DNA from: an uncultured Eubacteriales bacterium
GTDB lineage: Bacteria; Bacillota; Clostridia; Christensenellales; CAG-917
DNA length: 64,000 nt
Reading direction: 5' to 3'
NCBI GenBank assembly: GCA_900547975.1
Contig: URIX01000002.1
Location: 17,879 to 81,878, forward strand
The notes below the pieces were generated by a model. The model had not been told where the DNA came from, searched no databases, and saw only the letters and a list, made by a program, of their open reading frames with translations. Shown piece after piece: positions 15,631 to 26,072 of this stretch (positions are counted from its first letter, which is position 1; every line of letters begins with the position of its first letter). The translations under genes were made by a program, and so were the position numbers.

Positions 15631-16824
15631 ATGAGTTTTTTTGACGATAACCTTTTACTTTCGGGGGATACGGCGCGCAAAATTTACAGCGAAATCGCGC
15701 GTCTTCCCATAATCGACTATCACTGCCATCTCAACGAAGTTGATATTAAAAACGACAAGAAGTTTTCCGACATAGGTGAACTGTGGCTTTCGGGCGACCA
15801 TTACAAATGGCGTGCAATGCGTCTTTGCGGCGTTGACGAAAGTTATATTACGGGCGACTGCTCTTACGAAGAAAAGTTTTTGAAATACGCCGAGATTATG
15901 CCCAAACTTATAGGCAATCCGCTTTACTATTGGACGCATATGGAACTCGTGCAAATTTTTGGCATAAACGAGCCTCTAAGCAAAGACAGCGCAAAGAGAA
16001 TTTATGAAAAAGCAAACGCTGTTTTGAAAGGGCTCAGCGTGCAAAAACTGCTTGAAAAATTCAGGGTGGAATATATCGCAACCACCGACGATCCGTTTTC
16101 CGATTTATCTTGCCACGGCGATATAAACGGGGTGAAGGTGCGCCCGACGTTCCGTCCCGACAGATGCTTTTCGGAAGGCATCGACAAGGTTCAACTTGAA
16201 AAGAGATTGGACTATTTTGTTTCCAAAGGTTGCAAAATCGCAGACCACGGGTTTGACGATTTTTCCGACACGCAAAACATCGAATGGCTGATTGAAAAAT
16301 GCTTTGAAAATGGAGTTGTTTTGCAACTGCACTTCGGCACTTTCCGGAACGTCAATACCACGGCGTTTAACAAAATCGGGAAGGACAGCGGTTTTGACGT
16401 TTTCAGGACAAACGTTGATACGGACGCTCTTGCACGACTTCTTGACAAAATGCACACAAAACTCGGGAATTTGCCCAAAATCATACTTTATCCGCTCAAT
16501 GACGAATGTTTAAGGGCTGTTTGTGCGATTTCCGGCGCATTTCCCAACGTCATTGTCGGCGCGGCGTGGTGGTTTAACGACACAGTATCGGGCATAAAAA
16601 GACAGCTCGAAACCGTGTCGGAATATGCGGCTCTCGGCACGAATCTCGGCATGCTTACGGACAGCAGATCGTTCAGTTCGTATGTGCGGTTCGACTTTTA
16701 CAGAAGGATACTTGCAAGTTTTATTGCAAACAAAGTCGATAAGGGAGAATACGACCAAAACAGCGCAATCGCGCTTGCAAAAGACATTGCATACAACAAC
16801 GTAAAGGAGGTTTTGGGACTGTGA
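15631..16824 (+). CDS. uxaC: glucuronate isomerase
   Basis: LPIIDYHCHLN...LWLSGDHYKWRAMRLCGV are hallmark UxaC motifs. At 397 aa it is shorter than the roughly 470 aa I recall for E. coli UxaC. Confidence 0.85.
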   Translation: MSFFDDNLLLSGDTARKIYSEIARLPIIDYHCHLNEVDIKNDKKFSDIGELWLSGDHYKWRAMRLCGVDESYITGDCSYEEKFLKYAEIMPKLIGNPLYYWTHMELVQIFGINEPLSKDSAKRIYEKANAVLKGLSVQKLLEKFRVEYIATTDDPFSDLSCHGDINGVKVRPTFRPDRCFSEGIDKVQLEKRLDYFVSKGCKIADHGFDDFSDTQNIEWLIEKCFENGVVLQLHFGTFRNVNTTAFNKIGKDSGFDVFRTNVDTDALARLLDKMHTKLGNLPKIILYPLNDECLRAVCAISGAFPNVIVGAAWWFNDTVSGIKRQLETVSEYAALGTNLGMLTDSRSFSSYVRFDFYRRILASFIANKVDKGEYDQNSAIALAKDIAYNNVKEVLGL

Positions 16825-17867
16825 AAATGACCTTCCGCTGGTATGGCGAAAACGATTGCATACCGCTAAATTACATAAAACAAATACAGGGAATGAGCGG
16901 GGTTGTGACCGCCGTTTACGACACGCCCGTCGGAGAAGTCTGGAAAGAAGAAAAACTTGAAAGGCTCAAAACCCTTGCAAACGACGCGGGGCTTAATATG
17001 GAAGTTATCGAGTCCGTCCCCGTACACGAAGACATAAAACTCGGAAAACCTACGAGAGACAAGTATATCGAAGCGTACAAGCAAAATATCGTCAACTGCG
17101 GAAAAGTCGGCGTCAGGTGCATTTGTTATAATTTTATGCCCGTGTTCGACTGGCTAAGGACAGACCTTTATTTCAAGCATAAAGACGGCGCGACGTCGCT
17201 TGCTTACGATCACGAGAAACTGCTTTCGTTAGATCCCAAAAATCTGCATTTGCCGGGCTGGGACGAAAGTTATTCGACGGAAGAACTCAACAAACTTCTT
17301 GAAGAATACAAGGGAATCGCGCACGAGAAACTGTTTGAAAACCTTGTGTATTTTCTGAATGCGATTATGCCTGCCTGCGACGAATCGGGCATCGACATGG
17401 CGATACATCCCGACGATCCGCCGTGGGATATGTTCGGTTTGCCCAGAATTATTTGCAAAGAAGACGACTACGATAAGTTGTTTAATGCGGTGCCGAATAA
17501 GCACAACGGAATAACGTTCTGCACGGGAAGTTTGGGTGCGGGCAGGTTCAACGACTTGCCGAAGATGGCGGAAAAATATGCAAGCAGGATTTATTTTGCG
17601 CATCTTCGTCAGCTGAGATATGACGGGGAAATAAATTTTTACGAAAACGGACATCAGACCGACTGCGGAAACGTCGATGTGTACGCGATAGTCAAGGCAC
17701 TTGTCGAAAACGGGTTTGACGGTTACGTTCGTCCCGACCACGGCAGAAACGTGTGGGGCGAAGACGCAAAACCCGGATACGGACTGTTTGACAGAGCTAT
17801 GGGTGCGTGTTATCTCACAGGACTGTTCGAGGCGGTTGAAAAGGATATTAAAGGAGAGAAAAAATGA
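16821..17867 (+). CDS. uxuA: mannonate dehydratase
   Basis: MTFRWYGENDCIPLNYIKQIQGMSGVVTA matches the UxuA N-terminus. The true start may be the ATG at 16827. Confidence 0.9.
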   Translation: MKMTFRWYGENDCIPLNYIKQIQGMSGVVTAVYDTPVGEVWKEEKLERLKTLANDAGLNMEVIESVPVHEDIKLGKPTRDKYIEAYKQNIVNCGKVGVRCICYNFMPVFDWLRTDLYFKHKDGATSLAYDHEKLLSLDPKNLHLPGWDESYSTEELNKLLEEYKGIAHEKLFENLVYFLNAIMPACDESGIDMAIHPDDPPWDMFGLPRIICKEDDYDKLFNAVPNKHNGITFCTGSLGAGRFNDLPKMAEKYASRIYFAHLRQLRYDGEINFYENGHQTDCGNVDVYAIVKALVENGFDGYVRPDHGRNVWGEDAKPGYGLFDRAMGACYLTGLFEAVEKDIKGEKK

Positions 17868-18694
17868 GCGTTCCTTTCAAAGTCGATTTAACAGACAAAA
17901 TTGTTGCGATTACGGGTGCGGGTGGTGTGATTTGCTCGGAATTTGCCCGTGCGCTTGCGGAGTGCGGCGCAAAAGTCGCGCTTCTCGATATAAACTATGA
18001 CGCGGCAAAGAAATTTGCGGACGAGATTGGCAAAAACGCGCTTGCCGTGCAGTGCAACTGCCTTGACAAAGCGGACATTCAAAGAGCAAAAGACGAAATA
18101 AACGCCAAGTTGGGGAAAGTGAATTTTCTTATCAACGGCGCAGGCGGAAACAATCCCAAGGCGACCACAGACAACGAGGTTATGACGGCGGATCTCGAAG
18201 GAGCGAAAGACTTTTTTGCCCTTGAAGAAAGCGGACTGAAATTCGTGTTCGATCTAAATATAACATCGGCGTTTTTGGTGACGCAGGTTTTTGCAAAAGA
18301 CATGGTCAAAACAGGCGGAAACATCATCAATATTTCGTCGATGAACGCGTTTAGACCTCTCACCAAAATCCCTGCATACAGTGCGGCGAAAGCGGGCGTA
18401 TCCAATTTCACCGAGTGGCTTGCGGTGCATTTTGCGCCGTGTAATATTCGTTGCAACGCAATCGCGCCGGGATTTTTCGTGACAAATCAGAACAGGACGC
18501 TTTTGTTCAATGCCGACGGCACGCCGACGGCAAGAACAGGCAAGATTCTGAATGCAACGCCGATGAAAAAATTCGGAGAGATAAGCGATCTTATCGGGTG
18601 CCTGTTGTGGCTCGCCGACGACAAAGCAAGCGGATTCGTAACGGGAACGGTTATACCCGTTGACGGCGGATTTTCGGCATACAGCGGAGTGTAA
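17864..18694 (+). CDS. SDR family oxidoreductase, probable D-mannonate/fructuronate oxidoreductase
   Basis: TGAGGVICSEF cofactor motif, YSAAKAG catalytic motif, and its position between uxuA and eda. Confidence 0.65.
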   Translation: MSVPFKVDLTDKIVAITGAGGVICSEFARALAECGAKVALLDINYDAAKKFADEIGKNALAVQCNCLDKADIQRAKDEINAKLGKVNFLINGAGGNNPKATTDNEVMTADLEGAKDFFALEESGLKFVFDLNITSAFLVTQVFAKDMVKTGGNIINISSMNAFRPLTKIPAYSAAKAGVSNFTEWLAVHFAPCNIRCNAIAPGFFVTNQNRTLLFNADGTPTARTGKILNATPMKKFGEISDLIGCLLWLADDKASGFVTGTVIPVDGGFSAYSGV

Positions 18695-18695
18695 T

Positions 18696-19271
18696 ATGAA
18701 ACAAGTAATTCCCGTAGTTGTCATAAACGACGAAAAAGAAACGATAGAAATTCTCTCGAAATTGAGAGAAGGCGGCATAAACTGCGCGGAAATCACATTC
18801 CGTACGGCGTGCGCAAAAGAGGCGATTGCAATCGGTACGAAAGCCTTTGAAGATATGAATATCGGCGCGGGCACGGTTATCAATGCCGAGCAGGCAAAAA
18901 GCGCAGTACAGGCGGGTGCAAAGTTTATCGTGTCCCCGGGGTTTTCCGACGAGGTGGCTTGCTATTGCATAGACGAGAATATTCCGTATTATCCGGGGTG
19001 TGTGACACCCACCGAGATTATGCGCGCGCTCTCGTACGGATTGAACGTCGTCAAGTTTTTCCCTGCGGGCGTATACGGCGGACTGAAAGCGATGAAAGCA
19101 TTGTCGGCACCGTTTCCGCAAATCAGATTTATCCCGACGGGCGGTGTGGATTTGATCAACCTGAAAGAATACCTTGATTTCGACAAGGTGTATGCCGTGG
19201 GCGGCTCTTTTATGATGAAAGGCGATATCGTAAAAAACTGCAAGGAGATTGTAAAGATATGCGAGTTGTGA
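18696..19271 (+). CDS. eda: 2-dehydro-3-deoxyphosphogluconate (KDPG) / 4-hydroxy-2-oxoglutarate aldolase
   Basis: VIPVVVI...GGINCAEITFRT...GAGTV...FIVSPG...KFFPA...FIPTGG are typical Eda blocks. Confidence 0.88.
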   Translation: MKQVIPVVVINDEKETIEILSKLREGGINCAEITFRTACAKEAIAIGTKAFEDMNIGAGTVINAEQAKSAVQAGAKFIVSPGFSDEVACYCIDENIPYYPGCVTPTEIMRALSYGLNVVKFFPAGVYGGLKAMKALSAPFPQIRFIPTGGVDLINLKEYLDFDKVYAVGGSFMMKGDIVKNCKEIVKICEL

Positions 19272-20278
19272 CTTTTGGAGAAATAATGCTTCGTCTGGCA
19301 CCCGAAAACTATTTGCGGTTCGTACAGGCGGACAGGCTTGAAGCGACTTTTGGCGGTGCGGAAGCAAACGTTGCCGTGTCGCTTGCAAATTTTGGCGAAG
19401 ACGTGGCTTTTGTGAGCAAACTTCCGTCACACGAGATAGGACAAAGCGCGATAAATTCCCTTCGCAAATTCGGCGTCGATACGTCGTTTGTCGCAAGGGG
19501 CGGCGAGCGAGTCGGCATTTATTATTGCGAAAAGGGCGCGAGCCAACGCCCTAGTAAAGTTATATACGACAGGGCCGGCAGTGCAATCGCAACCGCAACC
19601 GGCGACGACTTCGATTGGGACAAAATCTTTGACGGAGCAAAATGGTTTCACTTTACGGGCATAACGCCTGCCCTTAGCGATACGTTGGCAAGCATAGTTT
19701 TGCAAGCTGTCAAGAGCGCAAAGGAAAAAGGAATAACCGTGTCGTGTGACCTGAATTTCCGCAAAAAACTTTGGAGCAAGGAAAAGGCGAAAGAAGTTAT
19801 GAGCGAAATATGCAAGTACGTCGACGTGTGCATAGCAAACGAAGAAGACGCAAAAGACGTGTTCGGAATCGAGGCGGAAAACACCGATATCGAAAGCGGA
19901 AAACTTAATGAACAAGGTTACGTTTCGGTTGCCAAACAACTTGTCGATAAGTTTGGTTTTAAGGCGGTTGCAATCACGTTAAGAGAAAGCATAAGCGCAA
20001 ACGACAATAATTGGTCGGGAATGTTGTACACGGACGGTAAGGCGGTTTTCAGCAAGAAATACGCAATGCATATCGTGGACAGAGTCGGCGGCGGAGACAG
20101 CTTCGGCGCAGGACTTATTCATTCGTTGCTCGCGGGTAAAAATGCAAGTGAAGCGATTGAATTTGCAGTTGCGGCAAGTTGTTTGAAACACTCGATCGAG
20201 GGCGATTACAATATGGTGAGCAAAGAAGAAGTAGAAGCGCTCGCAAACGGAAATGCAAGCGGAAGAGTGCAAAGATAA
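19259..20278 (+). CDS. kdgK: 2-dehydro-3-deoxygluconokinase (PfkB family)
   Basis: VVTFGEIMLRL N-terminus and the DRVGGGDSFGAG PfkB signature. Confidence 0.85.
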   Translation: MRVVTFGEIMLRLAPENYLRFVQADRLEATFGGAEANVAVSLANFGEDVAFVSKLPSHEIGQSAINSLRKFGVDTSFVARGGERVGIYYCEKGASQRPSKVIYDRAGSAIATATGDDFDWDKIFDGAKWFHFTGITPALSDTLASIVLQAVKSAKEKGITVSCDLNFRKKLWSKEKAKEVMSEICKYVDVCIANEEDAKDVFGIEAENTDIESGKLNEQGYVSVAKQLVDKFGFKAVAITLRESISANDNNWSGMLYTDGKAVFSKKYAMHIVDRVGGGDSFGAGLIHSLLAGKNASEAIEFAVAASCLKHSIEGDYNMVSKEEVEALANGNASGRVQR

Positions 20279-20291
20279 AAAGGATACTACT

Positions 20292-21212
20292 ATGAACAAA
20301 ATTACAATATCAGGGTTTTATGATGAAATAAGCAGCAAATTAAGTGCCCAAATCGGTGTATTGCATCAACTCGGAGAGCATTATATGTGCCCGAGAAACG
20401 TAGACGGCAAAAACATAGCCGATTATTCTTTCGAAGAATTCAAAGAGAAGATTTATCCTATTCTTAAAAAGGAAGATATACACTTTTCTTCAATCGGTTC
20501 ACCGATAGGAAAGGTGGGTATCGACGACGACGAAGGCTTTGAAAAGCAAAAGAAACAGCTTGCGGAGCTCGTGAAAATCGCAAAACTTACGGAGTGCGAA
20601 TACATCAGGGTGTTCTCCTTCTTTTACGGCGACAAAAATCCGAAAGATTGCACGGAAAAAGTTATTGCCCGCCTCAAAGAAATGCTTGCCATCGTCAAAG
20701 GAAGCGGCGTAAAACTTTTGCACGAGAACGAAAAGAAAATTTACGGAGACGTGCCTTCAAGAGTGCTTGAAATTTACAACGCGATAAACGACGAGGATTT
20801 CGTGCTTTGTTTTGACGCAAGCAACTACATCCAATGCGACGTAAATCCCAAAGACGCTTTCGATATGCTCAAAGACCTCGTCGTGTATTATCACATCAAG
20901 GATTGCTCGACCTATAAGGTTGAAGTTCCCGTGGGAACGGGCGAAGGACATTACGATTACATCATCGGCGAACTGACAAAGCGCGGATACGAAGGATTTA
21001 TGACGCTTGAACCGCATACGTTCAAGTACGCCGTTATGAAACCGCTCGTATACTTCGTGCCGTTCGTCAAATTCGCAATGAAGGACTATTTCAAAGCGTT
21101 TCGCCTCATCGACAAAAAGATGGGCAGAAATTACTTTGCGTGCGCTTCGAGGAAAACGGTTTTCCTCTGGCAATATAACAACCTTAAAAAATTGATTTCG
21201 GAGGCAAAATAA
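20292..21212 (+). CDS. sugar phosphate isomerase/epimerase (xylose-isomerase-like TIM barrel)
   Basis: Pattern HENE...HIKD...LEPH typical of the AP-endonuclease-2/TIM family. Start taken at MNKITISG. Confidence 0.6.
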   Translation: MNKITISGFYDEISSKLSAQIGVLHQLGEHYMCPRNVDGKNIADYSFEEFKEKIYPILKKEDIHFSSIGSPIGKVGIDDDEGFEKQKKQLAELVKIAKLTECEYIRVFSFFYGDKNPKDCTEKVIARLKEMLAIVKGSGVKLLHENEKKIYGDVPSRVLEIYNAINDEDFVLCFDASNYIQCDVNPKDAFDMLKDLVVYYHIKDCSTYKVEVPVGTGEGHYDYIIGELTKRGYEGFMTLEPHTFKYAVMKPLVYFVPFVKFAMKDYFKAFRLIDKKMGRNYFACASRKTVFLWQYNNLKKLISEAK

Positions 21213-22369
21213 TGGATAAAAAAGAAGTCAGATACGGCATTGTAGGAATCGGTAAACAAGGCACATTTTACACCAAGATATTCACGAAGTTAAAAGGTCT
21301 TGTAAAAGGCGCAAAACTCACCGCAGTGTGCGACATTTTGCCTGAACGTCGCAAGTACGCCGAAGAAAACCTCAAAGGCGTTAAAGTGTTCGACAACTAT
21401 CAAGATATGTTCAAATCGGGGCTTATCGACGTCGTTATGGTGGAAACTCCGCACTATTTCCACTCGCAAATCGCAATCGACGCAATGAAAGCAGGGCTGA
21501 ACGTGCTCTGCGACAAGCCTGCGGGCGTTTTCACAAAACAAGTGCGCGAAATGAACGAAGAAGCGAAAAGGCATCCCGATTTGTTGTTCGGAATGATGTT
21601 CAATCAGCGCACGAATCCGCTATATATAAAGGCAAAAGAGATTATCGACAGCGGTCGTCTCGGAAAACTCACGCGTATCGTATGGATAATCACAAACTGG
21701 TATCGTCCGCGCGCGTATTATGCACAAGGCGGCTGGCGCGGCACGTGGTGGGGTGAAGGCGGCGGCGTTCTTCTCAACCAATGCCCCCACCAACTCGATT
21801 TGTTTACTTGGCTTGCGGGGCTTCCCGTCAGCGTAACGGCAACGGCGTCAACCGTCGGGCGTGATATCAGCGTTGAGAACGACGTGACGGCTTATTGCAA
21901 GTTCGCAAACGGCGCAACCGGTGTGTTTATCACCTCAACGCACGACGCTCCAGGTACTAACCGTCTCGAAATCACCGGAGAGGGTGGAAAAATCGTCATC
22001 GAGAAAGGCAAACTCACCTTTACGGAAAATAAGGAGCTTGAACCCGTATTCTCCGAGCACAACACCGTGTTTATGGGTAAACCAAAGACTAAAAAATACA
22101 CATATCGCGGAATCGGGCATTATCTTGCCCTCACGAAATATCCGCCGCAACATATCGGCATAATCAAGAATTATACCGATTATCTTCTCAAAAAGACGGA
22201 CAAATTCACTGCACCCGGCGAACAAGGCATCATCGGACTTACGTTCTCCAACGCAATCCATCTTGCAAGCTGGACGCACAAGGAAGTTCAAATCCCGTTT
22301 GATGAAAATTTGTTTATCGGCGAGCTTGAAAAACGCAAGGAAGCCGAAAAAGAAAACGGCAAAAAATAA
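21212..22369 (+). CDS. Gfo/Idh/MocA family oxidoreductase
   Basis: VRYGIVGIGKQG Rossmann N-terminus, CDKPAG (EKP-type) motif, GGGVLLNQCPHQLD. Confidence 0.8.
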   Translation: MDKKEVRYGIVGIGKQGTFYTKIFTKLKGLVKGAKLTAVCDILPERRKYAEENLKGVKVFDNYQDMFKSGLIDVVMVETPHYFHSQIAIDAMKAGLNVLCDKPAGVFTKQVREMNEEAKRHPDLLFGMMFNQRTNPLYIKAKEIIDSGRLGKLTRIVWIITNWYRPRAYYAQGGWRGTWWGEGGGVLLNQCPHQLDLFTWLAGLPVSVTATASTVGRDISVENDVTAYCKFANGATGVFITSTHDAPGTNRLEITGEGGKIVIEKGKLTFTENKELEPVFSEHNTVFMGKPKTKKYTYRGIGHYLALTKYPPQHIGIIKNYTDYLLKKTDKFTAPGEQGIIGLTFSNAIHLASWTHKEVQIPFDENLFIGELEKRKEAEKENGKK

Positions 22370-22398
22370 TCGAAAATACACAAAAAAAGGGAGTTATT

Positions 22399-23976
22399 AT
22401 GAGCGATATTTCAAACGTCGCACAGGCGACGGAACAAAGTTTCATTTCGCGGACAAGCGGACTCAAAACCAAGGATTATATCGGCTACGCGATGGGCGAT
22501 ACTGCGTGCTGTCTTGTTTTCGGTCTGGTCACGTCGTTTTTGCAAAAGTTTTACACCGACATTTTCAGTTTAAGTCCGCTGTTCATCATGCTTATGTTCA
22601 TCGGCGCGAGAATTTGGGATGCAATCAACGATCCGCTTATGGGCAGAATTTGCGATACGGTTAAGTTGTCAAAGTGGGGCAGATACCGTCCGTGGTTTTT
22701 GTGGGCGGCAGGACCGCTCTTTGTCTCGTCCGTGCTTATGTTCATCAAATGGCCGGGACTTACGGGCGAAGAAAACTATGTCGGCACTTGCATTTACGCA
22801 ACCGTTACATACATTGCGTTCGGCATGAGTTATACAATGTTGCAAATCCCTTACGGCGGTCTCGCATCCGTTGTCACTACCGATGAAAAAGAGCGCACAA
22901 AACTTTCCGTTTTTCGTTCTATCGGCGCGGGCGTGGGCAGCGTTCCCGCCGTGCTTATCGCGTCGTTCTGCTATAAGAAAGTCGGTGTAAATCCGGAAAC
23001 GGGCAGAGAAATCTCCGAAATGCAATATTTGCCGATAATCATCGGCGTAGTAGTCATCTCGCTCGTTGCTCTTGTTATGCTCGTTCTTGCGTTTGTATTC
23101 AACAAGGAAAGAGTCATCGCACAGCCCAAAGCAAGAGTTAAAGGCGAGAGTAAAGAAATCGTCAAAGCGCTTTTCAAAAACAGATCGTTCATAGCAGTCA
23201 GCGTTGCAAGTATGCTTTTGCTGGCAGGACAAATGTTTACGCAAAGTTTTTATCTGTACCTGTTCGATGATTATTTCGGAAAGCCGTGGATGAATCTCGT
23301 TTCTACTGCTTGCACGTACGCACCTATGGTCATATTCATGTTATTCACGCCGAAACTCGTCAGAAAGTTCGGCAAAAAAGAACTTTGCGGAGTGGGTATG
23401 ATAATTGCTGCGGTTGCAAATCTCGGCATGTTCGCACTTCGTTCGGTCAATCCCGACATTCTCGCATATCTATTCCTTGTGCTGTGCTTTGCGAGCGGTA
23501 TAGGTCTTACGTTCATTATATTGCAAGTGTGGTCTATGGCAACCGACGCAATAGACGAAATCGAAGTCAAGACAGGCAGGCGCGATGACGGAACGGCATA
23601 CGCATTCTTTATGTTCTTCAGAAAACTCGGTCAGGTCATTGCCGCAATCGCTGTCAACGGTGCGCTTCTTGGTATGCATTACGACTATACGAAAGGCGCG
23701 ATTCAAACCTCAAAAAACCTTGAAATAATGTACGATATGGCGACCATTATCCCGGCGGTGCTTTTTGGAATTATGGCTGTCGTGTTGCTTGTATGGTATC
23801 CGCTTTCCAAGAAGAAAGTTGCAGAACTGCAAGTGATGAAAGAAGAACATCTCAAAAACGCATTCGAAAGCAACGCGATTGCAATCGACAACACAAGCGG
23901 CATAGAAAAACTTGGCGAGTCGTGCGCGCAACTTGAAGAAGATGCCGAAGAAGCGACTGATAAAAAATTGGATTAA
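22399..23976 (+). CDS. glycoside-pentoside-hexuronide (GPH):cation symporter family transporter
   Basis: About 12 TM. GARIWDAINDPLMGRICD...WGRYRPW is the GPH/MelB-type signature. Confidence 0.85.
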   Translation: MSDISNVAQATEQSFISRTSGLKTKDYIGYAMGDTACCLVFGLVTSFLQKFYTDIFSLSPLFIMLMFIGARIWDAINDPLMGRICDTVKLSKWGRYRPWFLWAAGPLFVSSVLMFIKWPGLTGEENYVGTCIYATVTYIAFGMSYTMLQIPYGGLASVVTTDEKERTKLSVFRSIGAGVGSVPAVLIASFCYKKVGVNPETGREISEMQYLPIIIGVVVISLVALVMLVLAFVFNKERVIAQPKARVKGESKEIVKALFKNRSFIAVSVASMLLLAGQMFTQSFYLYLFDDYFGKPWMNLVSTACTYAPMVIFMLFTPKLVRKFGKKELCGVGMIIAAVANLGMFALRSVNPDILAYLFLVLCFASGIGLTFIILQVWSMATDAIDEIEVKTGRRDDGTAYAFFMFFRKLGQVIAAIAVNGALLGMHYDYTKGAIQTSKNLEIMYDMATIIPAVLFGIMAVVLLVWYPLSKKKVAELQVMKEEHLKNAFESNAIAIDNTSGIEKLGESCAQLEEDAEEATDKKLD

Positions 23977-24021
23977 AGTGCGCGAAACGACATTTATAAT
24001 GAAAATAACGAGGGATAAAGT

Positions 24022-24768
24022 ATGAAATACGGTGTACAATTGTTTTCTTTAAGAAAGTATCTGAAAGATGAAAAAGGATATGAACAAGTGTTTAAGCGCA
24101 CAAAAGAAATGGGGGCGCAAGTGGTGCAACTGTCCGGAGGAAAGCCCGTTAAGGCGGAGTTTATCAAGTCGCTCGTAGACAGATACGATTTGCCCGTTTG
24201 CATAACTCACGATAAATTCGACAGGCTTGAAAATGACCTTGACGCGCTTATCGCCGAACATAAGATTTACGGTTGCAACAATATGGGTATCGGAATGATG
24301 CCAAAGCAATTCCGCACGGGGAAAATCGAGGATTTGGACAAATTCGTTGACTTTTTGAATACGACTTGCGAGAAACTTGCCAAAGAGGATATGACGATTG
24401 CTTATCACAATCACTGGTTCGAATTCGACGAAATCGACGGCAAGGTTATATACGACTATATGATCGAACATACTGATCCGAGAGTGCAGTTTATTCCCGA
24501 CACGTATTGGATCAGATTTACCGGAAACGACATCGAGAAGTATCTTGAAAAGCTTGCGGGAAGAGTTAATACTTTGCACCTTAAAGACTACAAAAACAAA
24601 ATTTTCAGAGCGGTGGGAAAGGGTACGCTCGATTTTAAGAGCATACTTGAATCAGCCGAAAAATGCGGAGTTAAGAACGCCGTCGCGGAACTTGATTTTT
24701 CGCCGAATCCGTATAAGAGCGTCGAGTTTTCGATGAAGACGTTAAAGAAGATTGCAAATGGAAACTAA
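24022..24768 (+). CDS. sugar phosphate isomerase/epimerase (TIM barrel)
   Basis: YHNH...LHLKD...ELD pattern, 248 aa. Confidence 0.6.
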   Translation: MKYGVQLFSLRKYLKDEKGYEQVFKRTKEMGAQVVQLSGGKPVKAEFIKSLVDRYDLPVCITHDKFDRLENDLDALIAEHKIYGCNNMGIGMMPKQFRTGKIEDLDKFVDFLNTTCEKLAKEDMTIAYHNHWFEFDEIDGKVIYDYMIEHTDPRVQFIPDTYWIRFTGNDIEKYLEKLAGRVNTLHLKDYKNKIFRAVGKGTLDFKSILESAEKCGVKNAVAELDFSPNPYKSVEFSMKTLKKIANGN

Positions 24769-25975
24769 AACGATTTCAACGCCTTGCGGCAACGTTATCG
24801 GCGAAGTTACGCCGTACGGATTGCGGTTCAGGGGTATAAAATACGCAGCAGCCGGACGTTTTGAAATGCCCGTCGAAGTCAGGTCTTTCGGCGGTGATTT
24901 CGACGCGACAAAACAAGGCGTATGCTGTCCGCAAATGCGTGCATTCTGGAACGAAGAACACAGATTTTATTATCAGGAGTTCCGCAAAGGAAAAGATTTT
25001 ACTTACAGTGAAGATTGCCTTATCCTTGACGTTCATGCGCCCGACAACGCCAAAAACTGTCCCGTGATAGTTTTTATTCACGGCGGAAGTTTCACGGGCG
25101 GCAGCATAAACGAGATGCAGTTCAACGGCTCGGCGTACACGAAGCGTGACGTGATTTTCATTGCGATAAACTATCGTCTCAACGTATTCGGTTTTTTTGC
25201 CGACGGTGTGCATTGCAAAGGCAATCTCGGATTATACGACCAATACACCGCGATCGAGTGGATCAGACACAACGTCAGCTCTTTCGGAGGCGATCCCGAC
25301 AACATAACTCTTATGGGGCAAAGCGCGGGCGCAATGAGCATACAAACGTTGATTTGCTCGGACTATCTCAAAGGCAAAGTCAAGGGCGCAATCATGCTGT
25401 CCGGTGGAGGAAAACGAGGCGCGATATTGCCTTTGTCAAAGCCGAACACGAGATATTGGAAAAAACTCGTAAAAGTAACGGGAGCGAATTCGTTTGAAGA
25501 ATACAAAGCCATGCCGACGGACAAGGTATGGACTGCGTGGAAAACAAAATATTCGCTTGGAAAAGCACTTTGTACAAAACCCGTGATCGACAACGAATTG
25601 GTAAAAAACGCAAAGTATGACACAGACATCCCGATAATCTTCGGAACGGTCAAAAAAGACTTGTTGCCGCCCGTGCTCAATCATATGGCAAGAGCGTTTG
25701 CAAGAAAACAAAAAAGAAAAAATACACCGTGTTACGTGTTTTCGCTCACGCGACTGTTGCCACCCGATAACGCGTCTTTCCATTCCTGCGACCTTTGGTA
25801 TGCGCTCGGCTCGCTCGGGGATTCCTTACGACCTTTTACGCAAGACGATTACGACTTGTCCGATGAAATGGTTGACAGATTTTCAGCTTTTGCAAAATCG
25901 CAAAATCCCAACGCCGACGGCAAACCGCAATGGAATGTCTATTCATCAAAATCCGACATCAAAGTTTTCAAATAA
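24752..25975 (+). CDS. carboxylesterase (type B family)
   Basis: PVIVFIHGGSFTGGS oxyanion region and the GQSAGA nucleophile elbow. Confidence 0.78.
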   Translation: MQMETKTISTPCGNVIGEVTPYGLRFRGIKYAAAGRFEMPVEVRSFGGDFDATKQGVCCPQMRAFWNEEHRFYYQEFRKGKDFTYSEDCLILDVHAPDNAKNCPVIVFIHGGSFTGGSINEMQFNGSAYTKRDVIFIAINYRLNVFGFFADGVHCKGNLGLYDQYTAIEWIRHNVSSFGGDPDNITLMGQSAGAMSIQTLICSDYLKGKVKGAIMLSGGGKRGAILPLSKPNTRYWKKLVKVTGANSFEEYKAMPTDKVWTAWKTKYSLGKALCTKPVIDNELVKNAKYDTDIPIIFGTVKKDLLPPVLNHMARAFARKQKRKNTPCYVFSLTRLLPPDNASFHSCDLWYALGSLGDSLRPFTQDDYDLSDEMVDRFSAFAKSQNPNADGKPQWNVYSSKSDIKVFK

Positions 25976-25995
25976 ATTTATATAAGCAATTCAAG

Positions 25996-26023
25996 TGCGA
26001 ACGCCTGCCGCGTTCGCATTTTA
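25996..26023 (+). terminator. terminator of the esterase gene
   Basis: TGCGAACGC-ctgcc-GCGTTCGCA followed by TTTT. Confidence 0.7.
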
Positions 26024-26072
26024 AGTTGTAGCCTTTAGCGACAAAAAACCACCACTTGAAGTGGTGAAATAG

